Source: Isurus oxyrinchus (taxonomy: Eukaryota). From it: DNA of 64,000 bases. The position numbers and the translations under genes are program-made. Below, piece after piece: positions 39,401-52,898 of the stretch. The DNA is taken from contig JANJGN010000004.1 in the NCBI GenBank assembly GCA_026770705.1, forward strand, positions 44,702,001 to 44,766,000. Reading direction: 5' to 3'. The first letter of the stretch is position 1. Every line of letters begins with the position of its first letter. The notes beneath the pieces were generated by a model. That model worked only from the letters and a program-made list of their open reading frames with translations. It was not told the DNA's origin and did not search any database.

Positions 39401-39819
39401 CTCTGTAGGCTGCACATTGAAATCCTTATCTGAACACTCTGCATCAGAACTCGTGTGCAACTTGTCCCCTGGCGAGCTGGCACTTGCACTACCATTTCCC
39501 CCTGTCATGGCTGCAGCACACTCATGTCTTGTGTTTCACCACTTGCAAATCATGCCCGATGTCTTAGCACTTGCAAATTCTCCCTCTAAACTAATCCCTA
39601 AAGCATGTGTAGTGTTAATTTCTGAGCTGGTGACTGCAAGTGTGAGAATGCATGGCAGTGTTTCTTCATCATCAGTTTCTTTTTCCTTTTCCACTTCTTG
39701 CTCCTGCACTGCTGCCTGACCAGTTGTCATTTCTTAGGTATCTGAAAGGTAAAAGGTACAAGGGTAGAGTTGTGGAGAGGGGATGGGTGGTATCCAGGGG
39801 GGAAACTGTGCTTACACCA

Positions 39820-40727
39820 TTTGCAGACGAGACTAAGGTTGGAGGAGTTGCAGATAGTGAAGAGGATTGTCAAAGGATACAACGGGATATAGATCAGTTG
39901 GAGACTTGGGCGGAGAAATGGCAGAGGGAGGTTAATCTGGACAAATGCGAGGTAATGCATTTTGGAAGGTCTAATACAGGCAGGAATTACACAGTAAATG
40001 GCAGAACTCTTAAGTGCACTGATGGGCAAAGGGGTCTGGGTGTACAGGTCCACAGGTCACTGAAAGTGGCAACGCAGGTGGATAAGGTAATCAGGAAGGC
40101 ACATGGCATGCTTGCCTTCATTGGCAGGGGTATTGAGTATAAAAGCTGGGAAGTCATGCTGCAGCTGTATAGAACTTTGGTTAGGCCACACTTGGAATAT
40201 TGCATGCAATTCTGGTTGCCACATTACCAGAAGGATATGGAGGTGTTGGAAAGGGTGCAGAGGAGGTTTACTAGGATGCTGCCTGGTCTGGAGGTTATTA
40301 GCTATGAGGAGAGGTTGGAGAAATTCGGATTGTTCTCACTGGAGCGACGGAGATTGAGGAGCGGCTTGATAGAAGTTTACAAAATTATGAGTGGCATGGA
40401 CAGCTTTTTCCCAGGGTGGAAGAGTCAATTACTAGGGGACATAGATTTAAAGTGAGAGGAGAAAACTATAGAGGAGATGTGAGGGGCAAGTTTTTTACGC
40501 AGAGGGTAATGAGTGTCTGGAATTCGCTGCCAAAGGAGGTGGTGGAATCAGTTATGATAGTGGTGTTTAAGAGACAGCTTGACAAATACATGAATAGGAT
40601 GGGAATAGAGGGATTTGGAACCCGGAAGTTCAAAATGTTTTAGTTGACGGGCAATATGATCGGCACAGGCTTGGAGGGCCGAAGGGCCTGTTCCTGTGCT
40701 GTACTTTTCTTTGTTCTTTGTTCTTTA
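39820..40727 (+). mobile_element. CR1 LINE 3' fragment, well preserved
   Basis: FADETKVGG, KCEVMHFG, VRPHLEYC; tail GGGCCGAAGGGCCTGTTCCTGTGCTGTA plus (TTTGTTC)n. Confidence 0.95.
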
Positions 40728-41136
40728 TCAGAAGAGATTTGAGGTTGGCGAGGAATGGAATGTGCGAAGGATGATTAGGTATGAGCATAGCACCTTTTGC
40801 AATGGTTTCAGCATTACTGCTGGCCACAACCTTAACAATGCCACTCTATTGATGACCAGCATCATCTCCTCTATTGGAATCAGGACATACAGTCATGCCT
40901 GTCTCCTGTTGATTAGGTATTGTTGTCAGTGGTTATGCACCTCCTTATCTTGAAAGACAGAGAAATATGTCAGTGAGGGTGATGCAATCTGTTTGGGCAT
41001 ATGGTTGTCATGGTTGAATAGTTGGCAGTATGTGTAAGCTGTGAGATATGGGTATGAGTCTTGCAGCATTGCTAAGTGAGTGAGGATGAGGTGAAGCTAT
41101 GAATGTTAGGTATGAGTCATGTTGCTAGAAATTGTT

Positions 41137-41361
41137 AAAAACAAGAAAACTGCGGATGCTGGATATCCAAAACAAAAACAGAATTACCTGGAAAAACTCA
41201 GCAGGTCTGGCAGCATCGGCGGAGAAGAAAAGAGTTGACATTTCGAGTCCTCATAACCCTTCGACAGAACTGTCGAAGGGTCATGAGGACTCGAAACGTC
41301 AACTCTTTTCTTCTCCGCCGATGCTGCCAGACCTGCTGAGTTTTTCCAGGTAATTCTGTTT
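41137..41361. mobile_element. Fold-back Penelope-like unit
   Basis: Inverted arms ~41173-41267 / 41270-41364 with a 2-nt spacer; 15-bp TSD TTGCTAGAAATTGTT. Confidence 0.9.
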
Positions 41362-42122
41362 TTGCTAGAAATTGTTGGCAGGTGAGTTGGTACAGATTGT
41401 GATGATTTGAGCAATGTGTGTTGCTAGTGTTGTAGTTGGTTGGATATACCACTTGAAGATGCATTCACTGACGTAGACTACTTGTGTGATATCATTGAAT
41501 TTCTTGTGGCACTGCATTCTAAACCATGTGACTAGGCTGCTGATATAGATCACCATAGCCATCTGGTCCATTGCCTTTGCAGTGTCTGTCTGCAGGGCCT
41601 CCTGGTCCCCATTGGACATAGGAACTCTCTTCTGCTGTCCACCTTCTGTATCAAAGCATCCAGTTCTGTGCTGAAGATACTCGGAGCCTGTTCTCTGCCA
41701 TGTTGTGGCATTCTTATTTATTTCCCAGGCCAACCATGTTCGAGAGTTATGTGCTCTAGTCAAAATGTATCTTCTCTTTGTGAGTAGCAGGCTGACTTTA
41801 GGTAATGCAGGCTAGCTTGAAGTCATACCAGCCTCTCATGATTTTTAGTTCTGCTCATGTAAGTTTCTGCCTGCATTGGAGAAGTGGGCATGGATTAAGA
41901 GAGTATCTCAATCCTGGAACTCGTTTTTGGGTTTTATTGGATTTCACTGCTTTTGCCTCCACCACAGTTCAATGGTTAGGGCAGCAATAGGATATGACTA
42001 GGTTCTTAATTTCTACCATGTAAGGGTTGCTAACACTTAAGTCTAATGCATAAGGAATGCTGAGATCTATTTTAGTATTCAGTATCAAATTCAAAATGTT
42101 TGTACAGAATACCAGAGATAAA

Positions 42123-43274
42123 GGGTGGAATTGTCGCAGAGTTGCACTAAGTGTGGTAGCAGGCATGAAAAACAACGTTTTACTCGCTGGCTGCAATGGC
42201 GGGTTTTTTGTGGCATATCATCTGCTTCCCACTTCATTAATTATGCAGCCACAGGAAACATGCCGTCTCGCTGGCAGGCAGCCTCTGAATCACCTGCCAC
42301 ACCGTTACCTCATCGTTTCCTCACTCTGGGTGCCATATCTAAACTGTAGCTGCACACATAGTTTTCAATGCTTGCAGCCCAGGGCTGCTCTAGTGAAGAC
42401 ATGGCCCTGAAAGTTAACAAGAGTTCAGTGACCCGTCACTGGAATGCCTTTTGGAGGCCCACTGTGATGTCCTCCACCTCCACCCTGACCGCAATAGGTC
42501 CAGCACTCCGTCTTGGGAGGTGGTAGCAACGGTGGTTAGTGCCAACGCTTCACAGAAGAGGTTGGCCATCCAGTGCAGAAAAAGGATGAATGATCTCATC
42601 TGTGCCACCAAGGTAAGTCAACCATCTCATCACTCTAAACTCATCTATCGCACAGTCGCTGGCATCTCACTGCCAGCTCAAGGGCCATCACCACTCACTC
42701 TCCCACACACACCCTCACATCTCCACCTGGCCCCATTTCCTCCAGAGACTGCCTCCTCAGCCCTCATCATCTTGAGGTTACTTGCACAGATCAACATGTG
42801 CTGCCACACACACACTGGTATACCCCCTTCCCTAGTACAGCCCTCACCCTGCAGTCTCTTCCCTTGCCTGAGGCCACTTCATCCCCTACCCTCTTTCCCC
42901 AAGCAAGCCCTAGCCCTGCAGTCATTGAAAAGCCTCCCCTTGCCTTATGGCTTGGCTGGCAGTCAGAGACCTGCCCCTGAGCCCCCTTAAAGCTGAAGTG
43001 GTGCTGCCTGCAAAGCCTGGCGCTGATGTCCGCAAGGGCTGCCCAAAGCAAGGTGGGCAAACAAACCTTGAAGTCCCTTATAATGAGATTCTAAAGTATT
43101 AAAATTAAGTTCCTGAGGTGTGGTGGTGGGAAATGCAGCTCGCCGATGACGGGTGGAGCGGACGATCGCAAACTGGTTTCACAACACTGTTAAACTGATT
43201 TTTGCAATCTCCCGATATTTCCTTCTCCTGTCCTCTATGATGCCCGCTGCAAACGAGAGCGGACAATTCCGCCC
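42123..43274 (+). mobile_element. Non-autonomous Harbinger retaining Myb exon 1
   Basis: TIR GGGTGGAATTGTC / GACAATTCCGCCC, TSD AAA; WEVVATVVSANASQKRLAIQCRKRMNDL then GTAAGT at 42613. Confidence 0.85.
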
Positions 43275-44764
43275 AAAGGTTTGCACATCACATCTTATTG
43301 TAGAATTGTCTCTCAGATAGTATCATTGTCCAAAACATTGTTTCCAGATGTTAAATAGGAGAGTTAACCATTGAGCGCTGAACCGGGATTGCTGGGTTAT
43401 GCGCTATGCTATGGAAATTCTGTGACTTGCCAATTGGAATCACACTACTGTTGCTTCAATTCATTCTGGGCTCCAATTTTGGGAATCACCTCTTTTGTTA
43501 CAACTGCCTGAAACTGCTGTTATGATACCACATGTACTAAATGTGATTTCCTGTTTTGATTGAATCCTTTATTAAAATGTGACTTTGAGGTAAACTTTTC
43601 AGATGTTCTTCGCTACATTTGCACAAGTCTATTCTGTAATAAACTTGTTATAGGCTCAACTTAAAGGTAAAACATAGCTTGAGCCCTGCCAGAGTATGCA
43701 CAGCTGGAGAGGTGAGTTTATTTGCTGGTATAATTCAGGACAGTATAAACAGCTGCCCAAAATCCCTCTGGTGCCAGGCTTTAAGAGTGTCTGGCAAAAC
43801 AAACTTTAAAGGGGAGACATCACATCACCTCTTAAGTATCTGTCACATCTTAAGGAGGTACAGTATGAGTATAGATGGCAACTTACCAGTAGCTTAGAGA
43901 GCTGTCTTGATGTAGAGAAAACTTTTTTTTCAAAATTTACAATTGCCAGCATTGGGAGTAATCTTCTGAGTTCTAATGCAAAAGGGATTATCTATTAATG
44001 TACAATGGATTACACCTCTTACAGAATTTTGACAATTTTTATGTTTGAAAAATCAATTATTTTCTTATTTATAATTGATACCATTATTAAGGTTTAATCT
44101 GTAATAATTACTCAGAACTTCTACTCTAGCAATTGTATCCTCCCAGTTCCATCCAATAAAATGTTATTTTCAATTGAACTAGAAGTGCTACAATTGACCT
44201 CAGCATCCTATACCAAAGAGAAAATCCCCCTGGATTCTGCTCCTGATCCATTGATCCTTGCTGGAAAAGGGACGCGTAGATAAATCTGAAGTGATATTTC
44301 CCATGTCAAATAGCCTACTAACAACCAATCTCTAGAATGACACATGAAGAATAGTCACTTGGGTAAAATAACTTTGGTACAAATAAATGATCAAATTATT
44401 TGAATGCTGATTCAGCTGTACAGAATCTACATTCGGATATTCAGGCATGAATCCATTTTATGACAGTAACTGGACTTCACTGTGTATATTCAGATTTACA
44501 TTTCAAGCGATCTTATGGGATAAAGCTGCCATTGTTCAAATTTACTGCTCTATCAACCAGGAATGAGAAATATGGGAGTAAATTTTTGTTTTCTACAGCT
44601 CGACATTAAGCATTGCCTGGGCAGAGTAAAGAGAGGAAATTGAGGCAAAGAGGATCATAGACTCACACGGAGCCTGGTCGATTATTCTTCCATTTCAATG
44701 GTGGAAATGTTTTCCTTTCTTTCCTCTGCCCAGAAGATGCTTAATGGCCAACAGTAAAGACAAT

Positions 44765-45155
44765 TCAGGGGTTATCTGATCGAGGTGTTTAAAACGATAA
44801 ATTGAAACAATAAAGTAGATACAGAGAAGGTATCTCCTCTAATGGGAACAAGAGGATGTCATCTTAAATTAGAGCTAAGCCACAAGCCATTGAAATCTCT
44901 GTTCACATTGGCGGGACTGGTCGATCCTCCCTAGTGAGGGGCAGGAAAATTCTGGCTTAAGTGTGGAAATCTGGAATTCTTTTCTCAAAAATGCTGCCAT
45001 TTCTAAGACAATTGGAGCTTTCAAGGCTGAGATAGATAGATTTCAGTTAGGTGCGGCTATTAAAAGATGTGAAGCTAAGACAGTTAATTGGGATGAGTGA
45101 CAGATCAGCCATGATCTCATTGAATGGCTGAGGGGTTGAATGACCTACTCCTGAT
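44765..45155 (+). mobile_element. CR1 3' fragment
   Basis: RGYLIEVFK, WNS, FKAEIDRF and the GATCAGCCATGATC tail. Confidence 0.75.
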
Positions 45156-45411
45156 CACAGGCAGAGTGACACAGCAGCTATAACAGGAATTCCTGAACAC
45201 TCCTACCACTCGTCTAGCACATGTAGAAGGAAGGCATTGGGTTGATCACACAGGCCACTTGAATTGTCTGTTCCACCAGACAACCAAAAATCATTCATGC
45301 TACATTCATAGTGCAGTTTCCAATCTCAGATGAATAGCTGTAGTATGCTCTAGGTCAAACTACAGCTCGTTTACAGCGCTCAAAAGAAGACTTTGCTGCA
45401 CATGCACCCAT

Positions 45412-46087
45412 GGCCTGAATTTTTCGTCCGTCGGCTGTGCACGATCTGTAGGCCTGGAAGCAGACGGGAAGTGGGCATCTGGCCCCGACTGGCCCCCAAC
45501 CGTGATTTCACGCTGGCTAGCCAATTATTGGCCAACCAGTGTGAAGCATGCGCTGAGAAATGCTCAGCGCTGCCAGAGTGGGGTCGGGTAGAAGGCGGGT
45601 GCCAACCTAAGTGAGGTTGCAGGTGAAATCTTCTAGTGAGCTCCCTGAAGGCAGGGAGCTGCAGACCTACACAGAATAAAGGAAACAACAACATTGCTGC
45701 AAAATATGTCCATGCAGCACAATCAAGCACCTGAATGTGTATCTCATTAAAAAAAGTCCCCAAATATCTCTTCTTATTTTATTTACCCATGGAGATTTCA
45801 TCCAGCCCTGGATCGAAGTTTGAGTAAAAATGTGAATGCTGCCTGGGGGAATGGCCCATCTGCCAACTGAAAATGTGGACGGGCCACGTGAAATTGCTGT
45901 TAATTCCATCATTAATGGGCTTAATTGTCTGCTTAATCGTCGGCAGACGTGCTTCCAACTGCTGCGTGTGCCCACCAAGTGAAATATCGCACAATGACGT
46001 CGGGACACTTGACCGACATCATCTTGCGCTATTTCACATCCGTTTGGATTGGGCACGTGCCTGCCCGCGGGGCATAAAACTCTGGCC
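45412..46087. mobile_element. Harbinger-type MITE
   Basis: TIR GGCCTGAATTTT / AAAACTCTGGCC, TSD CAT/CAT; same family as 3698-4389. Confidence 0.88.
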
Positions 46088-46149
46088 CATGTATGTGCAG
46101 AACTTATCTCCAACCAGTTAAAACTTTAATTTAACATTTGGAGAACATA

Positions 46150-46770
46150 GGTGGCAGCAGTTATGTTTGAACTTATAAATTAATTATATGCAGGTTTTAT
46201 AACTGGGTGTACAGAATAAATTAATTCCATTAAAAGGGAAGGAAACTATTAGCAATTAAGGATGCCACGGACAAAATAAAGAAGTTAGTATCCTGCTAAA
46301 ATTTAAGGAAAGAGTCTACATAAGGACAATTATAATGAAAGAAAGGAGGAGAAAATTAGAGGAAAACATATGATGAAGATAACTGAAAGGGTCCATAAAG
46401 TAAAGGACATCAAAAAAGATAGTAAAATGGTAAAGTATTTTGCAAGTGTATCCATAACATCAGAATTATTAAAAGTGAGGTAAACTACTTCAAGGAGAGG
46501 ATTACCAATTTGTAGATGATCCCAAAAAATGGCCAAGATGCTTAAAAAAATCTTCTCATCAGTTTTTAACCAAAGGAAAGGACATCCAAGGGGAAGTGAA
46601 ATCTGACATGGTTGAGAGTGAGATAGGTGATATTCCAATGAAGAAAAGGAATATATTAGATAAGATAGGTAAGATAAAGGAAGACAGAAAACCAAGACCT
46701 GATGGGATGCCTCCTAATATCCTGAGAGAGAAAATTGGCAAAATCCATAGGCTCAGGAAATTCTGAAAAA
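46150..46770 (+). mobile_element. Old CR1 ORF2 fragment
   Basis: FSSVF and KPRPDGMPPNILRE motifs; A-rich sense strand. Confidence 0.65.
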
Positions 46771-46929
46771 ATAATGTCAAATTAATGGCTTCTGCCATTA
46801 CCATTTCACAATGCATCCAGCAATTTGTGGTGAAGAAAGGATATTCCATTAATTCCAATTCTGTGCAAATTGCTGTGCTATTTGCATCACTGAGCCATTT
46901 AGGCCAGGTAACTCATGGCATAAAGACCC

Positions 46930-47470
46930 TTTTTAAATTCATTTCTGCCATTTGAGCATCAATGGCAAGGCATGCATTTATTACCCATCCCTAATTGCCT
47001 TTGACTAGGTGGTGGTGAGCTGCCTTCTTGAATTGCTGCAGTCCATGTGCTGTCAGTACACCCACAGTGCTGCCGAGAAGACCCAGAAACAGTGAAGGAA
47101 CGGTGATATAGTTCCAGGTCAGGACGGTGTGTGGCTTGGAGGGGAACTTGCAGATGGTGGTGTCCCACGAGTCTGCTGCCCTTGTCCTTCTAGGTGGTAG
47201 AGGTCATGAGTTAGGGAGGTGCTGTCAAAGGAGCCTTAATGAATTTCTGCCGGGCATCTTATGGATGGTACACACTGCTTCTACTGTGTATTGGTGGTAG
47301 AGGGAGCCAATGTTTAAGGTGGTGGATGGAGTGCCAATCAAGAAGGCTGCTTTGTCCTGGATGGTGCCAAGTTTCTTGTGTGTTGTTGTAGCTTCATTCA
47401 TCCAGGCAAGTAGAGAGTTTTCTGTCTCACTTCCTGACTTGTGCTTTGTAGATGGTGGACAGGCTTTGCA
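46930..47470 (-). mobile_element. 3' fragment of the LINE family at 28845-31889
   Basis: Colinear with ~28850-29390 (GGTGAGCTGCCTTCT, GTCCTTCTAGGTGGTAG). Confidence 0.85.
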
Positions 47471-48179
47471 TTGTTATAGGCCTAATTTGTGTCCTGAGAA
47501 GAAAGTCAACATTAGACACTCAGTGAGGGACCAACGAAGCTGTAGAGTTTCACTCCAGCATGTGAGGAATTACTCTGTGAGGCATTTAAAACTCTTTTTT
47601 TCTGTCTTGGCAGTACTTTTGTGCCAATCTTGGAATCCACAATTCTGTTCATGTTGAATGCAATCATTTTCAGAGTGAAAAGCTGTTGCTACATAAACAA
47701 ATTTGAGAATTATTTCAGAAAATAATTTTAAGTAGTTTTTTAGTACGAATGTTTGTACATTTCAAACCTACTCTCCCTTTCATTATGAACTTCTCAACAA
47801 CCAATACAATAATTGACAAATGCAACTGAGCTACGAGATTTTCTTCTTCTATTTGGTCTTTTTACTTTTTTCTTACTTTTCTATCTTTTCTTGTGTTCTC
47901 ACATACTTATCTTAATTTGACTCAATTCACCCTATTTCCTTGTTAGTCAATCACTTGACTTTTGGGCTTGGCATTTATAAAGTCCCAGTTGCAATGCTGA
48001 CATCACTTTATTGTTATCCATTCACATTTGCAGCAATTTGTGGCACAAATGTAGTGCAGGCTTGGTGAGGAAAATGTCCAGTTCATGTTGCTTGCTGTAA
48101 GATGCACCATTCCAGCAGTTTCCGGGAAATTATTTCAGGGATCCATGTTGAGCGATTGGTGCAGCGGCCAATGTTGCAC

Positions 48180-48930
48180 CAAATTATAAAAAAAGACTAA
48201 TCTGGATAGTTACAGATCAGTTAGCTTAACATCTATGGTAGGCAATATGTTGGCATTTAAGCTTAGTATGAAATTATCAAGGTAAAGAGAAAGCAGTTAG
48301 AAGTGGCCAGCATAGATTTTGGCATAGATGAACACATATGGCAAACATCACAAAATACTCTGAAAGGTAACAGACATTGTGGGATGGAGGAATTGCGGTG
48401 GGTTTAATGCACCTGAACTTTACTGGAAATTATTTAAAAGGATTAAGGGAGCAGATAGAAAACTGGATTAAGAATGAGTTAGAAGGGAGAAAACAGAGAA
48501 TAGGAATTAAGAGCAGTTTTCAGTGTGATTGGAAGTGGGAAATGGTGTCCCACAAGGTTCTGTTCTGTGCTCACTTCTATCCATTGCATATGTCGATGAT
48601 GTAGAAAATGGCCCTAGGTAGAACGGTTTCAAAGTTTGCAGATTATAACAAATTAAGAGATATATTTTTTAAAAGATCAGTTGAAGCTGCAAAGGGATGT
48701 TGACAACATAGGGAAAAGGGTGAATAGGGATGGATGGAATTCATTGCCAGTAACTGTGAAACATTTTTGTTAAAAAAAGCAGATGCTGAATGAAAGTGGA
48801 CATGTGGCTGTGGAAGAGCAGAAGGATTTGAGAATAAATGCTCACAGGATATTAAACCCGGTTCCTCAGGTTAATAAGGTTTTAGATGAAAAAGTTAATG
48901 GAATTGTAGGTTTTATCATGCAATACAGGG
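48180..48930 (+). mobile_element. Old CR1 RT fragment
   Basis: IENWIKNELEGRKQRIGI, GVPQGSVL, SKFAD. Confidence 0.7.
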
Positions 48931-49778
48931 ATATAAACTCATAAGTGTCAGATTTTGTGTGAGAGAGTGGTGATGTAAACTAAAAGCTCACCCAAATCAT
49001 AAGGTCTAAAGCCAGCCAGATATTGGGCTTTGAGGCTCTTTGCTATTCATAGGGTGAGTTGCAGGCACCTTTTGTGTCTCTATGCAGCTCACCCTTTTGA
49101 AGGAATGAACATTGGGTCACACTAGCAGCAGCCTGAAGACAAATCCTAGGAGATGGCGAGGGAAGATGCAAGTATCACCTATAGAAAGGAGATGGGGGGA
49201 GGTGGATGTTTATGATCGGGATACTGTGGAGACAGGGGAGTACTCTTGCTCCTCCTGTTTCACGAGAATTATTTTCCTAATTAAAAAGACATTTATCTAC
49301 CTCCTGCTTTGGTCTCTGATATTGAATTTAGTAGAGGGAGGCTAAAATAGGCATTTGGTTCCTCATTTACATATTAAAAAAGGGCACAATGCCTGTTTTA
49401 ATCCATCAGTCAACATGGACTTCCAGTATTAGTGGTTGAGGAAGAAACTGTGTCGACATTCCAGTTAGGATTGAACAGATGAATGAAGATAAAGCGGATA
49501 TGCTCTTATCTGCTCTGGGATGTGTATTGACAGATGGCTATCTCTGTATTTTAAACCTATCAGCTTCAATTCTTCCCTTTGTCTACTCTGTAAGAAAAGG
49601 TGGTGCATAGAGAGAGGGAAAGAGAGAGAGAGAGAGCCTATAGGGGTGGGGACACCCCACCTCCCCCACTTTCCTCCTTCTGCCCTGCTACACACTGTGA
49701 AGAAATGGTCTAGAGATATCCTGGCAGAAAGACCATTAGTTGACCATGAAACAATGCAGCGGACAAGCTTCAACTCAG

Positions 49779-49951
49779 ATAAAAGCAAAAAACTGCGGAT
49801 GCTGGAAATCCAAAACAAAAACAAAAGTACCTGGAAAAACTCAGCAGGTCTGGCAGCATCTGCGGAGAGGAAGGTTATCTTTTCGAGTCCGTATGGCTCT
49901 TCTACAACTGTGCTCCTCTCCACAGGTGCTGCCAGACCTGCTGAGTTTTTG
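49779..49951. mobile_element. Fold-back Penelope-like unit, diverged subfamily
   Basis: Minus copy joined at AACTG (49906-49910) to a short plus copy; 15-bp TSD CAAGCTTCAACTCAG. Confidence 0.85.
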
Positions 49952-50297
49952 CAAGCTTCAACTCAGGTTTTGTACTAAATTTCTCATTCACTTATTCACT
50001 AATTCACTGCTGCAAAAATAGCATTAATTATATCCCACTTGTTCTGGTGAAAACAAAATCTGAAGAATTACATTAACTTGTATGTATATAGCCCCTTTTT
50101 ATGTCGCAAAATGTCCTGAAGTTATTCACAAAGTCATAGCCATATAAAATAGATATTGAGACAAAAATGAGGTATTAAGCAGGGTGAACAAAATCTCAAT
50201 CAGACAGCCAAGTTTTAAGAAGAGCCTCAAGGGAGGTCAGGTAAGTGGAGAGGCAGAGAAGATCTAGATAGGCAATTCTGCAGAAGAGGTAGATGAT

Positions 50298-50426
50298 GGC
50301 TGGGATTTTCCGGCTCCGTCAATGGAGAGACCCGCTGCGGGCGAGGCAGCGCCCCAACCAGAAGCCCATTGACTTGTGGTGGGACTGGACAATCCCGGCG
50401 GCAGGTGGGTGTGGAAAATCCAGCCC
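50298..50426. mobile_element. Short Harbinger-type MITE (~130 bp)
   Basis: GGCTGGGATTTTCC / GGAAAATCCAGCCC, flanks GAT/CAT. Confidence 0.7.
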
Positions 50427-50430
50427 CATG

Positions 50431-51568
50431 TGTTATAATCCCAGACCAGACCCCAATTTTGTTGTGATCTGGATAGGGACCAGTAACTTTTTTTTTAAAG
50501 TAAACAAAATTTGAAATCTCAATACTGACTAAGAGAATAAAGCCACAAGGTTCCATGGTTCTAAACAAACAGAAGAATTTTCACTTTACAAGATTCAACA
50601 AAACTAACAATCAATACTACCTACCTTATACTCCAGCATACAGAATTAATATGAGGCAAACTGTGGTCAAACACACCACAAACTGCAGCTTAAATGGCAG
50701 ACATAGCTAAGAGAGGTCCTACAAATTTCTTCGCAATCCAACTAGATGTTAGTAATCACTGTGAGTCACAAAACTCCTTTAATCCCTATTTTCCTCATAG
50801 GGAATTTCATCTCCTCTCTTTTGAGGATAGCTTCTGATTTCCCTTAATAGCTGCTTCAACTCAGACTGCCCCAATGACTGCTCATCTCCCAGTTGCTCAG
50901 CCTCTTCTCCGGAGACTGCTTCCCACTGGATTCACAAAGCTGCATCTCAGCATCTAATCACTAGCATGATCCCAGCTTTCTAGCTGCTTTGAGTAGAACA
51001 CCACTGCTTCTAGGCTTCTCTAAGCCCCAACTCTTAACTGCACCAAGCAAATACTGCTGTTGTGCTTCCGAGTCCCAACCCTTATCAGCACGGAGCTACC
51101 AAGTGCTTCCGAGGCTTCTGAGTCCAAGCCCCCTCAGTAGTATGGAGCTAGTAGCAGCACTTCAGCTGCATGGAGCCAACTCTCCTCCAGGGCTGCTCCC
51201 CACTCCCTGTCACATGGGCTCATTTTTGCACCATACCCTGGTCCATTGATTGTTATTTTGCGCCACACTACCACACCAGTGCACTACTGGCTGAGTCCTT
51301 CAGGTTCCATTCTGAGGCAGGGCCTGGAGACTGATACTCTCTGACCACCACTAGAGGCTCTCAGCTTGAAGTCTCCAGCAAAACAATAAATGTTTCAAGC
51401 CATTCCCAAGCAGCTGTGAAAGAGAAACTGAAATTGAACCTGTGTGGCCTGTCCCCCTGCAGCTGCCTATTCTTGTGCCAGTACTCCCATGTATGCCAGC
51501 AATTGTAGTCCTTCGCCTCTGCTCAAAAAAACCCCACTGAAACAACCCAGAATACAAATTTCCTCACA
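50431..51568. repeat. Possible solo LTR
   Basis: TGTTAT...TCACA termini; start resembles the 20179 LTR; sits between L2-like pieces; no clean TSD. Confidence 0.4.
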
Positions 51569-52898
51569 AAAGGGAGAGAGGAATGCTCAACATGCTAGTC
51601 TGGAATTGGGAGTTTTAGGGAATGGGTGTCTGGATGGAGAATGTTTTAGAGATGGGGAAGGGTAAGATCATGAGGTGATTTACACGCAATGATAATTTAA
51701 AGTTGAGATATAGGGTGACTGAGAACTGAATGTACATCAACAAGGAGGGTGAGTGGGATTTATTGCAATGTAGGATGTGGGTATCAGGTTTGGATCAGAT
51801 AAGGTTTATAGGTGGAGGGTGCAAGGCTGCCAGGAGAGAACTGGATATCAGTCTGGAAATGTTTGTGATGGTTTCTAAAGTTGATGGTTTCAATTATCCC
51901 AATGTTTACTTGAAGGAAATTGTAGCTCATTCAAGATTGCTGTTAGGCTGTTTGTCTGATATCCAGACAGTGGAATGGTTGAGAGAGGTGGTGAGAAAGG
52001 TGTCATTGGCATAGGTGTGGAAATCAATATTACTTCAGAGCGGGTCTCTCATGAGAACACGTTTCACTGAGTTAGTTTCCCACGGGTGAGAGGAAGTGAG
52101 AAGCCATGGCAATTTTAACCACTGTGCTTCATTTAAATGCTCTTGGTCCACTTCTCTAGTCAGGTACCCTACTGGGCACTTAAAATGAGTAAGCCTGCTC
52201 TTGGTTTTACATATATTGTACCTCCTACTTAATTCCATGTTTAATTGTGTAAGATTCTAACATGCTGAATTTTATATCTTAACCTGCATAATTGAATCCT
52301 GATTTGTTACAGAACCTGCATCCTGCTTTTTCTCAGAAGTTGACCCCTGTCTGTTTATTTGTTCAATGCGCAGTTGTGCATTAAGCCAATAGATCTGGCT
52401 TGTCCCAACAAAATTATAGGCCACTATATACACTGCACTCTACTGTGTAGCACAAGTAACCAGCATAGGCTTTTTTTGAGAAGACTTCAAATAATGTGAT
52501 GACATACTTCTAACTTTAAAATAAAGCCCTTCCTTTATTGATCAGCATCATTATTGTTGTTTTCAGTTCAGACTGACAGTTCAAATACTCCAACTGAAAC
52601 AAGTATAGAGATGTTAGAGAAAGAGCTCATTCATTTTAGTTTAGGTCATTTAGTTACATAACTACTTATATGTAATTAAATAATAATCGTCAGTTCCAGC
52701 ATTGCAGATTAAAGAGGAATTGTGTCTTTTGAGGAGTTTCCAAGTACTCTAATTTCCCTGGGACAACCAATTCCAGGAATTCAATTTCAAAGACTTTATC
52801 TGTAGTGTGAACTATACAATGCATCTTTTGTGAACAACACTTTAAAAAATGTTAAATTAAAATATAATTTTTAGTGGTAAACATGCTTTGTAGCACAG

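Larger units (their letters stand above)
39410..41720 (-). pseudogene. Harbinger Myb/SANT remnant, interrupted by CR1 and Penelope
   Basis: TWFRMQCHKKFNDITQVV (ORF 41365..41763); acidic exon EKETDDEETLPCILTLAVTSS. Confidence 0.75.

Noticed and set aside
39652-40455. 267-aa ORF as a functional RT fusion
   Set aside because: It is antisense Harbinger sequence fused by chance to a 5'-truncated CR1 and lacks the N-terminal RT motifs.
41137-41361. Pre-miRNA, terminator or CRISPR-like structure
   Set aside because: The hairpin is fully explained by inverted Penelope ends within a TSD; there is no repeat-spacer array and the DNA is eukaryotic.
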